DNA of 64,000 nt from an uncultured Acidobacteriota bacterium (GTDB taxonomy: Bacteria > Acidobacteriota > Thermoanaerobaculia > Multivoradales > JAHEKO01). The stretch spans positions 96,001 to 160,000 of the forward strand of contig CAVQNG010000001.1 in the NCBI GenBank assembly GCA_963713825.1. The letters run 5' to 3'. The notes under the pieces were generated by a model that saw only the letters and a program-made list of their open reading frames with translations, ran no database searches and was not told the DNA's origin. Of the stretch, positions 48,467 through 59,194 are shown in pieces (within the stretch, counting starts at the first letter, position 1; every line of letters starts with the position of its first letter). The position numbers were made by a program, and so were the translations under genes.

Positions 48467-50125
48467 TTAAGTGATGTTCTCCGCATACCGATAGCTCGGC
48501 ACGAGGTTCCTGATCTCGTTCATGTCCTCCTCGGCGATCGGATTCACTAACTGCTCGAAGCCCATGTTGACGCCCGGTGAGAGCCGGCTGATCGCTTCGT
48601 CCACGCTTGGAAGCTCCGATGCGCTCTTCACGAGGTCGGTCAGCTCCGTGAAGACTTCAAGTGCATATTGGAACATCTTTTGTCTTCGCGCCCTTCTGAA
48701 GGGCGCCGGAAGACTGCCCGCGCCCCACTTGAAGCCGCGAGTCCAATCCGACACAACTCCCATCCATCTCTCCATGAGACCGCTGGACACGGCATGGAGC
48801 CACGCGATCTTCGGATCCGCAAACTCGTAGTCGGGATTGAGGTAGTCGCCCTTGAGCTGTCCCTGAGCTTCAAGTTCTTCGTAGATCGGGGTCCCGGTAT
48901 AGACCGAGAGGCGACTCAGCAACTCGAAGATGAGATAGGACGCGTGGCGCTTGAGGAACGCGATGTTGGCCTCGATATCCTCCAGTGTGGTTTCGGGATC
49001 GAACATGATGAACCCAGCGTTGATCTCGATCCCATGCCGATGAAGCACCTGGATAGCACGTTCGTTGATCTCTGGTGTGGCGCCTTTTTGGAACCGGCGA
49101 AGAACAGCAGCAGAGGCGGACTCGATTCCTATAAGGGCGCTCTTGAGGCCCACCTCACGCAACTGATGGATGACCTCATCATTCACCTGTGCTGCAGTAA
49201 GCAAAGCAATGAGAGTCAGGTCCTGTAGGCCGCTGCCTTTAATCGCGGCGCAGAGTTGACGAATGCGTTCCGATCCCTCCTGTCCAACTGGAATAAAGCT
49301 GTCATCGGCGAAATCGAACCCATCGCATCCTTCTCGTTGGTGGAGCTCGACCATTTCAGCGACGATGTTGTCGGCGCTTCTGGCTCTCCACCCGCAACCA
49401 TAGAACGCTTGGACGCTGCAAAACGAGCAGCGATACTGGCACCCGCGACTGGAGACCATGGTGGCATAGCGAATGCCGCCATACTCCGGGGGCATGAACT
49501 GCCGCTTGGGAAAGGGTAGGGTATCCAGGTCCTGGATGAGATCGGCGCGAGGCCCGACCACGACCTCATCTTGGTGCCGGTACGTGACACCGTGCAGGCC
49601 CGCGAGCTCTTTGCCGCCGAGGACTCGAGTGGCCAGATCATGGAGGGGCTCCTCTCCTTCGCCCCGGGCGACGGAGTCGAAGCAGTCGAAATCTCGCAGC
49701 AACTTGTCGTGAGCGACGGTTGGGAAGTGGCCACCGATACAGATGTGCGTCGATGGGCTGTCGCGCCTGATGGCTCGGGCAACTTCCACGACCTCTGGAA
49801 AGCCGAGTTGGGAGGTGGCGCTGATCCCGACGAGCCGATAGGCGCTTTCTGACACTCGGCGAGCGACGTCGGCCGTCGTCGACTCTGTGCCGAGTACCAT
49901 GTCACTGACGTCGGCGCGGATGCCTCGTGATTCCAAATAGGAAGACAGGTAACCGATACCGAGATGATCGTAAGTCTTGTCCTCGGCGCGAACACCATCG
50001 AATGGCCTTACGAGCAAGACGGCCTGTCCATTGCCAGCCTGGTCGATTGGCACCGATCCTCCAGGGGTCCTCCGCTGTGACTGCACTGTGGCTCGATTCT
50101 TTAGGAGACATGGCGTCCACGTCAA
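48467..50125 (-). CDS. B12-binding radical SAM enzyme (class B methylase-like)
   Basis: HLGIGYLSSYL, GGHFPT, RGEGE, SRGCQYRCSFC, FADDSF, IGIES; likely start GTG at 50053. Confidence 0.9.
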   Translation of the reverse strand: MTWTPCLLKNRATVQSQRRTPGGSVPIDQAGNGQAVLLVRPFDGVRAEDKTYDHLGIGYLSSYLESRGIRADVSDMVLGTESTTADVARRVSESAYRLVGISATSQLGFPEVVEVARAIRRDSPSTHICIGGHFPTVAHDKLLRDFDCFDSVARGEGEEPLHDLATRVLGGKELAGLHGVTYRHQDEVVVGPRADLIQDLDTLPFPKRQFMPPEYGGIRYATMVSSRGCQYRCSFCSVQAFYGCGWRARSADNIVAEMVELHQREGCDGFDFADDSFIPVGQEGSERIRQLCAAIKGSGLQDLTLIALLTAAQVNDEVIHQLREVGLKSALIGIESASAAVLRRFQKGATPEINERAIQVLHRHGIEINAGFIMFDPETTLEDIEANIAFLKRHASYLIFELLSRLSVYTGTPIYEELEAQGQLKGDYLNPDYEFADPKIAWLHAVSSGLMERWMGVVSDWTRGFKWGAGSLPAPFRRARRQKMFQYALEVFTELTDLVKSASELPSVDEAISRLSPGVNMGFEQLVNPIAEEDMNEIRNLVPSYRYAENIT

Positions 50126-50161
50126 GCCCGTCGAGTCGGGCCCTACTCAACTAGGAGAAAG

Positions 50162-50232
50162 TGGCGGAGGGGAAGGGATTCGACCACGGAGGGCTAATGT
50201 GCGTGAACGGTCGCCGGTTTTCAAGACCGGTG
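50162..50232 (-). pseudogene. Degenerate tRNA-Ser(TGA) fragment (possible att remnant)
   Basis: Reverse strand CCGGTC-TTGAAA-ACCGG anticodon arm and TCGAATCCCTTCCCCTCCGCCA 3' end; D-arm and 5' acceptor strand absent, T-stem broken. Confidence 0.7.
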
Positions 50233-50503
50233 TCTGGCTTGGGTCGACCTTTAGTGGAACTGCAGCAATTCTGACCACAGCCCTATCGTGGTCCACTCAG
50301 GGATCACCTGCACCGGTCCAACGTCCTGGCTTGGAAGAGGATGAACTCTGAGTCCGGTGGGGGAGAGAGTCGTCCCTAAAGTCTCTCGGACTACGACAGA
50401 CCACGCTCCAGAGTGTTTGCTCTATGTTTTCTCGGGCCGTTTTGGAACTTAAAGTAATACTTTAAGTGTGGCCTTTAAACTCTTTGTTCCCAGAGGGATA
50501 AAG

Positions 50504-50579
50504 TGGAGCCGACGAGCGGACTCGAACCGCTGACCTGCTCATTACGAGTGAGCTGCTCTACCAGCTGAGCTACGTCGGC
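50504..50579 (-). tRNA. tRNA-Thr(CGT)
   Basis: GCCGACGTAGCTCAGCTGGTAGAGCAGCTCACTCGTAATGAGCAGGTCAGCGGTTCGAGTCCGCTCGTCGGCTCCA, 76 nt with CCA. Confidence 0.97.
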
Positions 50580-50719
50580 TCTGGGTGGGCTTCGATCCAG
50601 CCCGGAGGCACAAGATACTAGGCGATTCGACGGCGCGGAGCAAGATCCGTGTCTGACACTTTCGCTGGTTCGCGTCAGGCGCGGCTGGACCTCGTTCCGG
50701 TATGCTCTGGGACCACGGT

Positions 50720-51595
50720 ATGAGCCAGGACCCCGCCATTACCAAGCGTGACCAGTCTGTGCGCAAGACTCTGGTCTGGGTCCTCGTCCTGAATCTGGTC
50801 GTCGCCACGGCGAAGCTGGCTGTCGGCTGGCTCAGCTCCAGCATCAGCATGGTGGCGGACGGCTTTCATTCCCTGACGGACAGTGCCTCCAACATCGTCG
50901 GACTGATCGGCATATCACTGGCTGGCAGACCCCCAGATGAAGATCATCCCTACGGGCATCGGAAGTTCGAAACCCTGGCGGCCCTGATGATTGGAGCCCT
51001 CCTCGCGTTGACGGCATGGGAGGTGCTCAAGAGCTGTCTGGAACGATTACGAGAGGGCGGAACGCCTGAAGCGACGCCGCTGACGTTCTGGGTCATGGGC
51101 ACGACCCTCCTGATCAATCTCGGTGTATCCACTTGGGAGCGGCGTGAAGGGGCCCGATTGAAGAGCGACCTGCTCAAGGCAGATGCTGCCCACACGCAAA
51201 GCGACGTCTACGCCTCGCTGGCGGTGATTGCGAGCCTGATCGCCGCCCGGATGGGCTTCCCTCAACTGGATCTAGTAGCGGCAGTCGTCATCACACTGGT
51301 GATTGCGCGAGCCGCCTTCCAGATTCTGAAGGAGAACGGCATGCTGTTGGCTGACACGGCCATGCTCCCAGCCGAAGAGGTGGCGTCGGTGGCGACTGAG
51401 GTGCCAGGTGTGCGTTCTGTCCACAAGATTCGCACCAGGGCGACGTCACGGGGAGGGAATGCGGATTTACACGTCCAGGTCGACGGTGGTCTGCCGCTCG
51501 AAGAGGCACACCGAATCGGTCACGCTGTCGCGGACAGACTCAAGGAGACGCTTCATTTCGAAGACGTACTCGTTCACGTCGAGCCCCCCGACTAG
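50720..51595 (+). CDS. Cation diffusion facilitator transporter (FieF-like)
   Basis: ADGFHSLTD, HPYGHRKFE, ADAAHTQSD, AHRIGH, LVHVEP. Confidence 0.92.
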   Translation: MSQDPAITKRDQSVRKTLVWVLVLNLVVATAKLAVGWLSSSISMVADGFHSLTDSASNIVGLIGISLAGRPPDEDHPYGHRKFETLAALMIGALLALTAWEVLKSCLERLREGGTPEATPLTFWVMGTTLLINLGVSTWERREGARLKSDLLKADAAHTQSDVYASLAVIASLIAARMGFPQLDLVAAVVITLVIARAAFQILKENGMLLADTAMLPAEEVASVATEVPGVRSVHKIRTRATSRGGNADLHVQVDGGLPLEEAHRIGHAVADRLKETLHFEDVLVHVEPPD

Positions 51596-51621
51596 GGACT
51601 CCGGATTAGAGCTCGAGGAAT

Positions 51622-52248
51622 CTACTTTTTGCGACGGGTGACCGAGCCTTCGAGGGACTTGAATTGGCGACCCTCTTCATTCGTGGTGTAGCCGACGACG
51701 ACAATCCGGCCATCCTGCGATAGATCCATCTCGACACGGCGGTCGATAACGAAGCCCGTAGCGGGGTCGCGGAAGGAGCCAAGGATTACGAGCTTCTTGC
51801 TATCCGGGTCGAACTTGCCGGTTTCGAGCAACATCGCCGTCGAGGCGGAATCGATATTGAGCAGCTCGTACTGGGCGGCCTCGTTGTTGTAACCGATAAA
51901 GCCGAGGGCCTCTAATACCACACCATCATCCGAGCGCACGTAGATCTCCTCACGCAGGTAGCGACCTCCGAGAACCCAACGTCTTTCGACGCTGGCGGTG
52001 ATCGAAACAGGGGCGGAGTCAGGAGCGTCCCAGATCGTTCCCTTGCCTTCCCAGGTGCCCACGATGGCTTCGAGGACCTGGTGGCCGTCGCCCGGCTCTC
52101 CGAGGCTGGCGATCCAGGAGTCCAGATCTTCGTCGGGTTGAATCTCCGTCGGCGTCGCCGGCTGTGCCTCGGCGACTCCACCCAAGGTCAGCACAGCGAT
52201 AATCAGAGTGGAGAGGAGAATCGACAGCGGTCGAGGTCGGTAGGTCAT
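51622..52248 (-). CDS. DUF1579 family secreted protein
   Basis: Signal; PGDGHQVL...VGTW, VLGGRYL, GFIGYNN, IDSAST. Confidence 0.8.
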   Translation of the reverse strand: MTYRPRPLSILLSTLIIAVLTLGGVAEAQPATPTEIQPDEDLDSWIASLGEPGDGHQVLEAIVGTWEGKGTIWDAPDSAPVSITASVERRWVLGGRYLREEIYVRSDDGVVLEALGFIGYNNEAAQYELLNIDSASTAMLLETGKFDPDSKKLVILGSFRDPATGFVIDRRVEMDLSQDGRIVVVGYTTNEEGRQFKSLEGSVTRRKK

Positions 52249-52281
52249 GACGGTCTCCTTGCCCGGTCGAGCAGGGGGTGA

Positions 52282-52494
52282 TTAGCGATAGGAACGCCTT
52301 TTCGGGCGAGCGGCCTTCTTGCGGGACTTTTGGCGGTGCTGACTCCTCGGCACGCTGCGCTGCGAACCGTGCTTTCGATGTCTGGTCGATTGTCGTTGTG
52401 CCCAAAGTGCAGCTGGTAGGCCGAAGAGGACCAGGGTGCCTGTCGCTTCGAGGAGAGAGAGGAGATACTGCCGGCGTGTCACTTGCTCGGTCAT
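52282..52494 (-). CDS. Possible small Tat-signal protein with a highly basic mature peptide
   Basis: VTRRQYLL, a hydrophobic stretch and ALWA, then an R/K-rich 38 aa; TACAAT 9 nt upstream of the ATG. Confidence 0.45.
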   Translation of the reverse strand: MTEQVTRRQYLLSLLEATGTLVLFGLPAALWAQRQSTRHRKHGSQRSVPRSQHRQKSRKKAARPKRRSYR

Positions 52495-52586
52495 CGGGAG
52501 TCGATTGTACTGCAGGCAATCTCGCTGGAGGGGTTGTCAGGCACACGCCCTCGAGCGGCGGGACAGGCTGAGTCGGATTGGCTTGA

Positions 52587-55500
52587 TCAGCCGGCCGCCG
52601 CAGCGGGCTCGACTTCGACCTCGGGCTCGGGCTGCACCGCATCGAGCTCGACAGAAACCAGGTTCGAGACCCCGCGCTCTTGCATGGTCACTCCATAAAG
52701 CAAGCTGGCTGCTTCCATGGTGAGCTTGTTGTGGGTGATGACCACGAACTGCGTGTCGCCCGACATCGTCCTGAGAAGCTCCACGAAGCGCAGTGTATTG
52801 ATGTCGTCCAGTGGAGCGTCGACCTCGTCGAGGATACAAAACGGCGATGGCTTCGCTTTGAAAAGGGAGAAGAGCAGAGCGATCGCCGTCAGCGCCTTCT
52901 CACCACCGGAAAGCAACATCAGATTCTGCAGTCGCTTGCCTGGGGGCCGGGCGACGATCTCGATGACCGTTTCCAGCACATCGTCCGGGTCGAGCAGTCG
53001 CATCTCTGCTTCGCCGCCGCGAAACAGCTCGACAAACGTCTTGCGGAAGTGCTCATTGACCGTTTCGAAGGTCTCTTTGAAGCGCTGGCTCGAAGTCTCG
53101 TTGATCTCTCGAATGGTCTCTGTGAGGCGCTTGACGGAGGCGCGGACGTCTGCCCGCTGCTCGGTGAGGAAGATGTGTCTCTCCGACTGCTCCTCGTACT
53201 CCTTGGCGGCCAGGAGATTGACCGGTCCGAGCCGTTCCATTGCCTGCCGGCGGCGGTCCAGGTCGACCTCGAGCTCGTCGAGGTTCTCCGGTGGGGCGCC
53301 GACTTCCGCGGGCGGCGCTTCGTTGAACTCCTCCTGGAAGAGGCCCACCAGGTGTTCTGATTCCTGTTTGAGACCCGCTTCCTTTACCCTGACTTCACTG
53401 GTCTCAGAGCGTAGCTCGTCCCTCTGATTTCGCGTCACCTCGATCTGTTCTTCCAGCTCCCGGACCTTGGCCCGGTGCTCGTCGAGTCGTTCCTGGACCG
53501 CCAGAACCTCTTTTTGCGAGATGTCGCGATTCTCGAGTGCCTGCTGCAGCTCCTGCTCCGAGCTCTTCATGGCCTCTCGGATCTCTCGGTCGCGGTTCTC
53601 GAGGTTCGATTCCAGCTCCGTCCACTGCTCGATCTGGTGTCGGTGCTGTTCGATCTCGCCCAGATAGCGAGTGATCTCGTCTTCGCTCGCCTCGAAGCGT
53701 TGCGCCAGCAATTCGAGGTGGCCCCGCCGGCTGACTCCAGAAGTGCGGGTCGCCTCGCGTTCCTGACGAACTTGATCGACCTCCTTCTGGGCGGCATCGA
53801 ATGCGGTCTCCAGCTCCCCGTGACTGACTTCGCTGCGGTGCAGCCTCTCGGCCAGGAAGGCGGCATCGTCGGCAACCTTGCCGATCTCCTTGTCGATGTC
53901 CTCGACTTCCTGCTGCAGCGTCCTGTGCTCTTCCTCCAAACGGTGCTTTCTCGCCGCAGCATCTCTCAGGCGTGCCTCGGCAACTGCGAGGGTCTGTCGA
54001 GCTTCGGAGATCTCGGCGTCGAGGCGGGCGATCGAACCCTCTTGTTCTCTGTGCTCGGCGGCCAGGGTCTCGATCTCCTGCGTCACCGCGGCGAGTTCCT
54101 TTTCGAGGGGCGGCAAGCGGTCCGCGATCGCGGCCAGCTCGTTCTCGCGCTCGAGCTGTCCCGGCCGAGCGCCGTGCCCCTGGACGTGGAGGACTCCGGC
54201 CTGAGCCCAGAGTCGGTCGCGGCTGATAAAGGCGATACCCGGATGCGAGCTGGCTAGGCGCCGAGCATCCCCAGCGCTTTCGACAAGGTAGGCCGGCGGT
54301 AGAGCATTGACCACGTCCTCTGGCAAGGAGAGCGCATCGCCCAAAGATGACCGGATCGCCGGGTCGTCTGGAGTTGCGGCGTCGGAAGGGAGCCCTCTCG
54401 GCTGCAGCAGGCTGCCGGTGGTTTGGCTGTCCTCCAGTGCCCGAGCCAGATCCAGAGCATTCACTCCGGCCTGCAAGACGACGGCATTCTCGAGCTCACC
54501 AAGATAGAGGTCGAGACTTGCCGTCCATTCCTCGGGCACCTTCAGGCTGTCACCGAGGAACGCAGCGTTCTCCAGGCCGGCTTTGGAGAGAGACTCTCGA
54601 ATCGCAGCGCGACGCCTTTCTTGCTCTTCGGAGAGCTGGGAGAGCAGACGCTGCCGCTGGCTGAGGTCGGTGAGCTCTTGTTCGAGCTCGTCCTGCGTGC
54701 CGGCCAACTCGGACTGCCGCCCCTTGAGCGCATCCAGCCGAGTCCTGTGCTCGGTGATGAGAGCCTCCTGTTCACCGACCATCGAGTGCAGCTCGCTCGT
54801 CGTCCCGTCAGTCTCATGGAGGTGTTTGTCGGCGAGAGCTACCTCGCGAGACTTCTTCTCCAGTTCTTGCTCGACGTGCCGACTCCTCAACTTGCCCTTC
54901 TCCCGCTCGACCTGCTCCTGATGGAGTCGATTGCGCAGCCCTGAGAGTTCGTTGATGGAGGAGAGAAGCCGCTCGCGGAGTGAAACCAGGCGCTCTTCCG
55001 CTTCGTTGGTCAAGGCCTCGACCTGCGCGATCCGGGCTTCGTCCTCGTTGACCTCGTTCTGAGCGCGGTCCCGATCCTCGCGGAGCCGGGTCACACGTTC
55101 CTGGCGTTCTGCGAGACCGCTCTCCAGCTGTACCAGACGGGCCTGGCGCTCTTCTGCGGTAGCGCGGCCGCCGGACACTCTCTCCGAGAGCTCCTGCAAC
55201 CGCTCTCTGGAGCCTTTCAGGAACTCCTGCTTGCCTTCGATGCTCGCGGCGAGATCGGCGACCTGGCTGTGCCGGTCGGCCAACTCGCGGGAGAGTCTGT
55301 CGAGCTCCTCCCGACTTTCGGCGTGGGTCGCCTCATGCCGATGCAGGCTGGCGGTTTGTTCGCTGTCGCGATTGACCAGCTCCTCGACCTGAGTGCGAAA
55401 ATCACCCAGTCTGATCTGAAGGTTGGTCCATCGGCCCTCCAACACTTGCCGTAGCAGGCTGTTGTAAGCCTCCTGCCGCTCGCCGAATCGCCGTGCCGCA

Positions 55501-56132
55501 TTGGATTGGCGCTTGAGGGACCGTAGCGATCGTTCTACCTCGGAGACAATGTCGTCGAGCCGGGCGAGGTTGGCCTTGGCTTCTTCCAGCTTCATTTCCG
55601 CCAGGCGTCGGCGCTCCCGGTAGCGAGTGATGCCAGCGGCCTCCTCGAGCAACCGGCGGCGCTCTTGGGGCTTGCCGGACAGGATCATGCCAATCTTGCC
55701 CTGCTCGATCATCGAGTAGGCCCGGATCCCCAGGCCGGTATCCATCAGGAGATCCCGAACGTCTTTGAGTCGGACGACCTTGCCATTGAGCAGATACTGG
55801 CTCTCGCCGGTTCTGAAGATTCGACGCCCGATGCGGATCCGCCCATCCTCGGCCTGGGCGAAGCCATTGTCGGTGAGCAGCTCGAGATTGACCTCGGCCA
55901 TGCCGAGGGGGCGGCGCGTCTTGGCGCCGGCGAAGATCACATCTTCCATCTTCTCGCCCCGCAGGCTCTTCGCACTGCGCTCTCCCAGCACCCAGACGAA
56001 GGCGTCGGCGATGTTGCTCTTGCCGCATCCGTTGGGTCCGACAATCGCGGTCAGGCGACCGGAGACTTCCAGGTTGACCGGATCGACGAACGATTTGAAG
56101 CCCGAGAGCTCGAGGCGGTTGAGCTTGAACAT
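52587..56132 (-). CDS. smc: Chromosome segregation protein SMC
   Basis: GFKSF, GPNGCGKS, long coiled coils, LSGGEK, LDEVDAPLD, ITHN. Confidence 0.96.
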   Translation of the reverse strand: MFKLNRLELSGFKSFVDPVNLEVSGRLTAIVGPNGCGKSNIADAFVWVLGERSAKSLRGEKMEDVIFAGAKTRRPLGMAEVNLELLTDNGFAQAEDGRIRIGRRIFRTGESQYLLNGKVVRLKDVRDLLMDTGLGIRAYSMIEQGKIGMILSGKPQERRRLLEEAAGITRYRERRRLAEMKLEEAKANLARLDDIVSEVERSLRSLKRQSNAARRFGERQEAYNSLLRQVLEGRWTNLQIRLGDFRTQVEELVNRDSEQTASLHRHEATHAESREELDRLSRELADRHSQVADLAASIEGKQEFLKGSRERLQELSERVSGGRATAEERQARLVQLESGLAERQERVTRLREDRDRAQNEVNEDEARIAQVEALTNEAEERLVSLRERLLSSINELSGLRNRLHQEQVEREKGKLRSRHVEQELEKKSREVALADKHLHETDGTTSELHSMVGEQEALITEHRTRLDALKGRQSELAGTQDELEQELTDLSQRQRLLSQLSEEQERRRAAIRESLSKAGLENAAFLGDSLKVPEEWTASLDLYLGELENAVVLQAGVNALDLARALEDSQTTGSLLQPRGLPSDAATPDDPAIRSSLGDALSLPEDVVNALPPAYLVESAGDARRLASSHPGIAFISRDRLWAQAGVLHVQGHGARPGQLERENELAAIADRLPPLEKELAAVTQEIETLAAEHREQEGSIARLDAEISEARQTLAVAEARLRDAAARKHRLEEEHRTLQQEVEDIDKEIGKVADDAAFLAERLHRSEVSHGELETAFDAAQKEVDQVRQEREATRTSGVSRRGHLELLAQRFEASEDEITRYLGEIEQHRHQIEQWTELESNLENRDREIREAMKSSEQELQQALENRDISQKEVLAVQERLDEHRAKVRELEEQIEVTRNQRDELRSETSEVRVKEAGLKQESEHLVGLFQEEFNEAPPAEVGAPPENLDELEVDLDRRRQAMERLGPVNLLAAKEYEEQSERHIFLTEQRADVRASVKRLTETIREINETSSQRFKETFETVNEHFRKTFVELFRGGEAEMRLLDPDDVLETVIEIVARPPGKRLQNLMLLSGGEKALTAIALLFSLFKAKPSPFCILDEVDAPLDDINTLRFVELLRTMSGDTQFVVITHNKLTMEAASLLYGVTMQERGVSNLVSVELDAVQPEPEVEVEPAAAAG

Positions 56133-56299
56133 GGCGTACAGATTCCCTTGGCGGCGGAGGATACCAGAGCCGATTGGCCCACCACAAGACCTTGTGGTGC
56201 TTGCAACGGCAGGGCGCGAGATCTAGTAGTGGTCGATCCGGCTCCTCTTGCGGCGGCGCACCTCTGGCACTTCGACTGGTCAGGGGGGCGAGAGAGTTG

Positions 56300-56329
56300 T
56301 TGACACTCGAGACGTGGGCGGCATACCAT
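56300..56329 (+). promoter_or_regulatory. Putative sigma70 promoter of the pyr operon
   Basis: TTGACA-18 bp-TACCAT upstream of pyrR. Confidence 0.5.
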
Positions 56330-56364
56330 GCCAGCGATCTGGAGGGCTCGCCTTGTCAGGCGAA

Positions 56365-56904
56365 TTGAAGCTCAAAAAGAACGTTCTCAGCGAACAGCAG
56401 ATGTCGCGAATTCTTCGCCGCATGGCGGGGGAGATTCTCGAGCACAATGGGGGCGTCGAAGGCCTCACGCTGGTCGGCATCCGAACCCGGGGAGTTCCCC
56501 TGGCCGAGGCGCTGGCCGCCGAGATCGAACGATCCGAGGGGCAGAAAGTGCCTATCGGCGTGCTCGATATCACCCTCTATCGCGACGATCTGTCGGTCAT
56601 CGCACCTCAGCCGGTGGTGAAAGAGACGCGGCTCCCGGGTCCAGTGGAGGGTCAGACGCTGGTGCTGTGTGACGATGTGCTCTACACCGGCCGAACGATT
56701 CGGGCGGCCTTGGACGCTCTGACAGACTACGGACGTCCGAATGCAGTGCAACTGGCGGTCCTGATCGACCGTGGACACCGCGAATTGCCGATTCAGGCCG
56801 ACTTTGTAGGCCGCAAGATCGCCTCCGATAGGGACGAGCTCGTCGAGGTCCGCTTCGTCGCCACCGACGGAGAGGACAAAGTCATGATCATGGAACCCGA
56901 GTAG
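56365..56904 (+). CDS. pyrR: PyrR regulator / uracil phosphoribosyltransferase
   Basis: GIRTRGVPLA, LDITLYRDD, DDVLYTGRTIRAAL, DRGHRELPI; start refined to TTG 56365. Confidence 0.95.
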   Translation: MKLKKNVLSEQQMSRILRRMAGEILEHNGGVEGLTLVGIRTRGVPLAEALAAEIERSEGQKVPIGVLDITLYRDDLSVIAPQPVVKETRLPGPVEGQTLVLCDDVLYTGRTIRAALDALTDYGRPNAVQLAVLIDRGHRELPIQADFVGRKIASDRDELVEVRFVATDGEDKVMIMEPE

Positions 56905-56910
56905 ACATCG

Positions 56911-57848
<938 letters not shown>

Positions 57849-57852
<4 letters not shown>

Positions 57853-59138
57853 AGCTGGTCGTACGAGGCGGAAGGGTAGTCGATCCCAGTCAGGATCTGG
57901 ATGGCGTCTTCGAGATTCTCATCGAGGATGGGCTTGTCGCCCAGGTCGACGAAAAGGTCAAGGGCATCCGTGGTGCCGAGGTCTACGAGGCCAACGGCAT
58001 GGTGGTGTCGCCGGGGCTCATCGACATGCACGTGCATCTGCGGGAGCCCGGCCAGGAGTACAAGGAAACGGTTCGGACGGGCACCCTCGCTGCTGCTGCG
58101 GCGGGCTTCACATCGGTTGCCTGTATGCCCAACACGGCGCCTGTGATCGACAATCGGTCGGTGACGGAGCATGTGATGAAAGAGGCCAGGGAGGCGGGTT
58201 TCGCCAGGGTCTTTCCCATCGGGGCGGTCAGCAAGGGACAGCAGGGTGAGGAGCTGGCGGAGATCGGAGAGATGGTGACAGCCGGAGCCGTGGCCATCTC
58301 GGATGACGGATTCCCGGTCTCGAATGCCGAGCTGATGCGCCGCGCCCTGCTCTACGCCCAGCACTACGACATACCGGTCATCCAGCACGCCCAGGACCTC
58401 GATCTGAGTGCCGGTGGAGTCATGAACGAAGGGGAATGGTCGACGCGCCTTGGACTGCCGGGCGTGCCTGGCAGTGCCGAAGATGTGATGGTGGCGCGCG
58501 ATGTGTTGCTGTCTGAAGACACGGGCGGCCGCTACCACGTAGCCCACCTGTCGACAGCTCGCAGCCTGGATATGATTCGTCGGGCCAAGGGGCAAGGCCT
58601 GGCTGTGACGTGCGAAGTCACCCCTCACCACCTTGTGCTGACGGACGAAGCTGTCAGCGAAACAGGGTTCTCCACCAACACCAAGATGAACCCGCCACTG
58701 CGCTCCGAGCGGGATCGAGAGGCGCTGCTCAACGGCCTGGCGGACGGAACGATCGATGCGATCGCCAGCGACCATGCTCCGCACCATGCCGATGAGAAGG
58801 ACGTCGAATTCAGTGCAGCACCTTTCGGCGTCATCGGGTTGGAGACGAATCTCAGTATCTGTCTCGATCGCCTAGTCAGGCCCGGGATCATCTCCCTGAA
58901 CCGACTCGTAGAGCTCTTCACGGTTGGCCCTGCCCGGGTTTTGAACCTCCCTGTTGGCACCCTGAGGCCGGGAGCTCCGGGAGACCTGACGGTCTTCCAC
59001 CCCAAACGGCCCGTCACAGTCAGGGCGAAGCGATTTCGTAGCAAGGCTCGCAACACCCCGTTCGAAGGTTGGCGGCTCCGAGGTCGGCCGATCGCCACGA
59101 TCCTCGGCGGACGGGTTCTCAGTCGTCCCAAGCAGTAA
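57849..59138 (+). CDS. pyrC: Dihydroorotase
   Basis: [24 protein letters not shown]. Confidence 0.96.
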
Positions 59139-59194
59139 CACGAATCCCGCTCGGGACTCCGCTCGAGCTGCAGCGCCTCTGCGATAATGCGGCC

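Noticed and set aside
56330-56362. PyrR-binding attenuator before pyrR
   Set aside because: Only a small hairpin loosely like the consensus; no terminator/antiterminator visible
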